In this document: positions 60,601-64,000 of the stretch, one piece after another
How the letters are laid out: every line of letters starts with the position of its first letter
How positions within the stretch are numbered: the stretch's first letter is position 1
Assembly (NCBI RefSeq): GCF_009914755.1
Contig: NC_060929.1
DNA: 64,000 nucleotides
Strand: one strand, 5' to 3'
From: the human T2T-CHM13v2.0 reference genome, Homo sapiens
Translations under genes and position numbers: made by a program
Notes under the pieces: generated by a model
Database searches by the model: none
Told to the model about the DNA's origin: nothing
Seen by the model: only the letters and a program-made list of their open reading frames with translations

Positions 60601-61263
60601 TCCAATCGTTTGATTTCCAAATCAAGAATGCATACTGATTCCCCTATACCATTCCTTATTTAAAAAAAAGACTTTCATGGCACTGAAATCTCAAAGAAAT
60701 TTATTATATTCATATTTGACTAAACTTATGGGTATAGTGTATATTAAAAGGAAGAATGTCTTACAAAAATAAAGTATATTTCACATAGGTACTTATCGTA
60801 ATTATCTTTGAAAACCAAGAACCTGCCATTAAAGTACATCATAATAAGGGTGACTCCGTCAGAGGATAAAATAAAAGTAGACTTCTAATCATCTAAGTTA
60901 TTCAATTCAATAGTAGACAGTAGAACAACTACCTAGAGCCAGAACTTATTCTGCATTTGATAAGCATAATCCCTTATCCCTCCATTTCTCTTTGTTTTTG
61001 CTGAGAATCATAGAGATAAATATAATTTATTAGATAGATGATTAATAAATGGTTTGGCCCAGGTGATTTAATTGTTCTTTCTGTCCTTGGTCCTTATTTT
61101 AAAATTTTACTTTATTAGACTTACTATATCTGTGCTCTTTGTTGTCTATTATCTAAAAGCCAACTTGGAATTAGGCAGGGCATAAATAAATATAATTTGA
61201 TGATATGGAGTATATTGGAATAAAATGGAAACTTATTCCATTACCTTAAAAATTCAAAAGCTA

Positions 61264-61563
61264 GGCTGGGCATGGTGGTTCATGCCTGTAATCCCGGGAC
61301 TTCGGGAGGCTGAGGCCTCAGGCCAATCACCTGAGGTCAGGAGTTTGAGACCAGCCTGGTCCAACACAGTGAAATGCTGTCTCTACTAAAAATACAACTA
61401 TTAGGCGGGTGTTGTGGTGTGTGCCTGTAATCCCAGCTACTCAAGTCTGAGGCAGGAGAAACACTTGAACCTGAGAGGTGGAGGTTGCAGTGAGCTGAGA
61501 TCATGCCACTGCACTCCAGCCTGGGTGACACAGTGAGACATCATCTCAAAAAAAAAAAAAAAA
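61264..61563 (+). mobile_element. AluS
   Basis: Dimeric Alu with A tail; flanking repeat aaaaattcaaaa. Confidence 0.95.
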
Positions 61564-62396
61564 TTCAAAAATTAGTTGTAAAAAGAAAGCCCAAAAAGTG
61601 ATGTCCAGAGAAAGGAGTTCTCAGGGTTCAAGGAGCTGAAACGTCCATGGGAGAAGAGTAGAAACACTATAGCTCCAGATGCTGGACTTTTTGTTAGTGT
61701 AACAGTTGCTGCACATCTGTGATTATTGTAATTTACAGATGTCTGGAGCCAGGGTTATAGAAATTGTTCACACTGTGTATCAAGTCTTTTTGCCTAAATT
61801 CATAAAAATGCTGTAAAGGGGAGATCAGGTGAATTTGAAAATAATGGTTTTTTTAAGTAAAAAATTCAGAAAATCTGATAGAAGCTTTATTTACAGCTGC
61901 CCTGATTGAGGATTAAACATTGCCTTGCCATATGGGAAACCTCTAATCCAAATCAGGAGTTTGACCTTTGAGCTCCTTGGGCCATAGGAAATTGAGAGAC
62001 AGGCAAACAGTTATCTCTTGTTTAATAAACCTTGAATATGACTGATTTTTCTTTCCAAAAAGTAAAACTCTATGTTTCATTAAAATATGTCAAATTCCAG
62101 GAAGATCTGACTGACATGGGAGTGAGATGGGCATCTATCTGTCTTTAATTTTTCTGAGCTAAAATATTTGACCATAAGCAGTGCCAAAGAGAACATCCTA
62201 AATCTTACTTTGTGGAAAACTTGTGTCAATCACTATCACACAGGGCTGCCCAAGATTATGGCAGTTTGGATAAAAACACACTGCTTCTGTCTCTGTTGCT
62301 TGTGAATTTCTTGGCCACTCTGTATGTTTTCTTTTTTCCTTTTATTAAATGTTCTCATGAAAAAGGCAGAGATCTGACTATATTTGTAGACTAGTG

Positions 62397-62710
62397 CAGT
62401 CATCCCTCAATTTCCCTGGGGGAGTGTTTCCAGGAACCCCATGAATACCTAAATTTATGAATACTCTCAATCCTTGTTATAAAATGGCATACTATTTGCC
62501 AATAATCTTTGCACATCCTCCTGTAAACTTTAAATACTCTCCAGAATACTTATAATACCTAATACAATGTAAATGCTGTATTGTTGAGGGAATAATTCAA
62601 CAAAAAAGTATGTACATATTCAGTACAGATGCAATTTTTTTCCAAATATTTTCAATCTGTACTTGGTTGAAACTATGAATGTAGAACCCACAGATTCAGA
62701 CAGCCAACTG
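62397..62710. mobile_element. MER2-like Tigger MITE
   Basis: CAGT…ACTG ends; core 'gtttccaggaacccc…gcacatcctcctgtaaactttaaa…tataatacctaatacaatgtaaatgct'. Confidence 0.85.
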
Positions 62711-63022
62711 CACTCGGTCCATGACACATTATTACAAAATTGCATTTCTGGTGTAATTTTTCTCTTCTCAAAATTTGGCCAGTGAAATTTTATTTCTGAA
62801 ATTTGGCTTTAGGAAATCCTTTTTACTGTAACACCTAAGTCGCTTTCTCCAACCTGGTCTTTATTAGCAACAATTCTGATATTTTGACATCTTTTGTATG
62901 CCTTTTTCTATTGGTTCCGAATTACTTTGAATTGGTTCAATTCTGTAAACACTTATTCCTTAACTTTTCAGAAAGATAAGGCAACTTTTTCTTAATAATT
63001 GTTTCAAGAGAAATGTTTCCAA

Positions 63023-63213
63023 CTCGTTAAGAGTCATTGCCACTCCCTAATCTCAAGTACCCAGGGACACAAACACTGTGGAAGGCCGCAGGGTCCTCTG
63101 CCTAGGAAAACCAGAGACCTTTGTTCACTTGTTTATCTGCTGACCTTCCCTCCACTATTGTCCTATGACCCTGCCAAATCCCCCTCTGCGAGAAACACCC
63201 AAGAATGATCAAT

Positions 63214-63241
<28 letters not shown>
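63023..63241 (+). mobile_element. 5'-truncated SVA (SINE-R 3' end) with 28-nt pure poly(A)
   Basis: Near-exact SVA terminus 'ctccctaatctcaagtacccagggacacaaacac…ccctctgcgagaaacacccaagaatgatcaataaa' followed by A28. Confidence 0.95.
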
Positions 63242-63244
<3 letters not shown>

Positions 63245-64000
63245 AATTAACATTGACATAGTATTTGAAATGGTGCTTATGGGCTTATCGATGCATATTT
63301 TTTATTTGTAATCCGATGCTGTCCCAGAATAAGTGTATTGTAATATGAATGTTAAAATTGAACAAGAGAAAGCAGGAAAATAAGTGGTATTTGGGAAATT
63401 AAAGGAAAATTGAACCAGAGTCTTTATATTCCTGAATTTAATTGGATTAATGGGAAATTTATCATTGTTCTTTCTATATTGGACTGGTTTTTAAGTGAAT
63501 CAGCTATTTTATAATTTTATGACAGATCAAAGCTGAGTTCATTTAGCCTGTTGCACTTTATACTTTAAAAATTTACATAAATTTTAAATAACTTGACCAA
63601 AAAAGTTATAATTTCATTCAGTTTGGTCAACAAACTCTCCCTTAATTAAATGCAAAATGTGCCGTGTTCAGTTAGTAGAGCAATTAAAAGTGGAAATTCA
63701 TTTAGAATACTTTGTTTCAAAGGAATATGAGAGAGATAAATTACTTGTGTTGATTAGGGAGATTTGTCACTTAAACCTCTTCAATTATTTCAACCTCTTG
63801 TACAGCAATAAATCCATGTAAATTTAGAGCTATAGAATAAAATAACAGATTGCACCTTTGCATTCCTCAAAAGGAAAAAAAAAACAAGTTAAAGGAAGGG
63901 TAAAATCTGAGAAAATTATTCAAGTAGAAGGCCCTATCAGTTGATCACAAGCTCTGTTAAATTCACAGCACTTTGCACATGTTCTCACACTGAAGATCTG

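Overview
This is AT-rich, CpG-poor great-ape (human-like) nuclear DNA. AluY and an SVA fragment indicate a hominid genome. I could not recognise any protein-coding exon, RNA gene or CpG island, so the window reads as intronic or intergenic, and the supplied ORFs are chance or repeat-derived. A large part of it is interspersed repeat: about 15 Alus, several L1s, L2/MIR, MaLR and ERV1 LTRs, DNA-transposon MITEs and a 5'-truncated SVA. The most notable structures are: (1) a solo MER50-like LTR with intact TSDs and retained CpGs, whose poly(A) signal reads AATAAG and which is followed by a consensus splice donor, making it a candidate LTR-driven first exon; (2) a ~1.4-kb TA-rich VNTR with zoned unit variants inside an L1PB 3' UTR; (3) a young SVA 3' fragment with no target-site duplication, suggesting an insertion-mediated deletion; (4) a ~10-kb nested-transposon stack with a young AluY, a complete THE1C, and a twin-primed L1PA cut by a deletion that also truncates an Alu. 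I see no evidence of a new multi-gene system. Subfamily names come from recalled consensus sequences and need RepeatMasker/Dfam confirmation.
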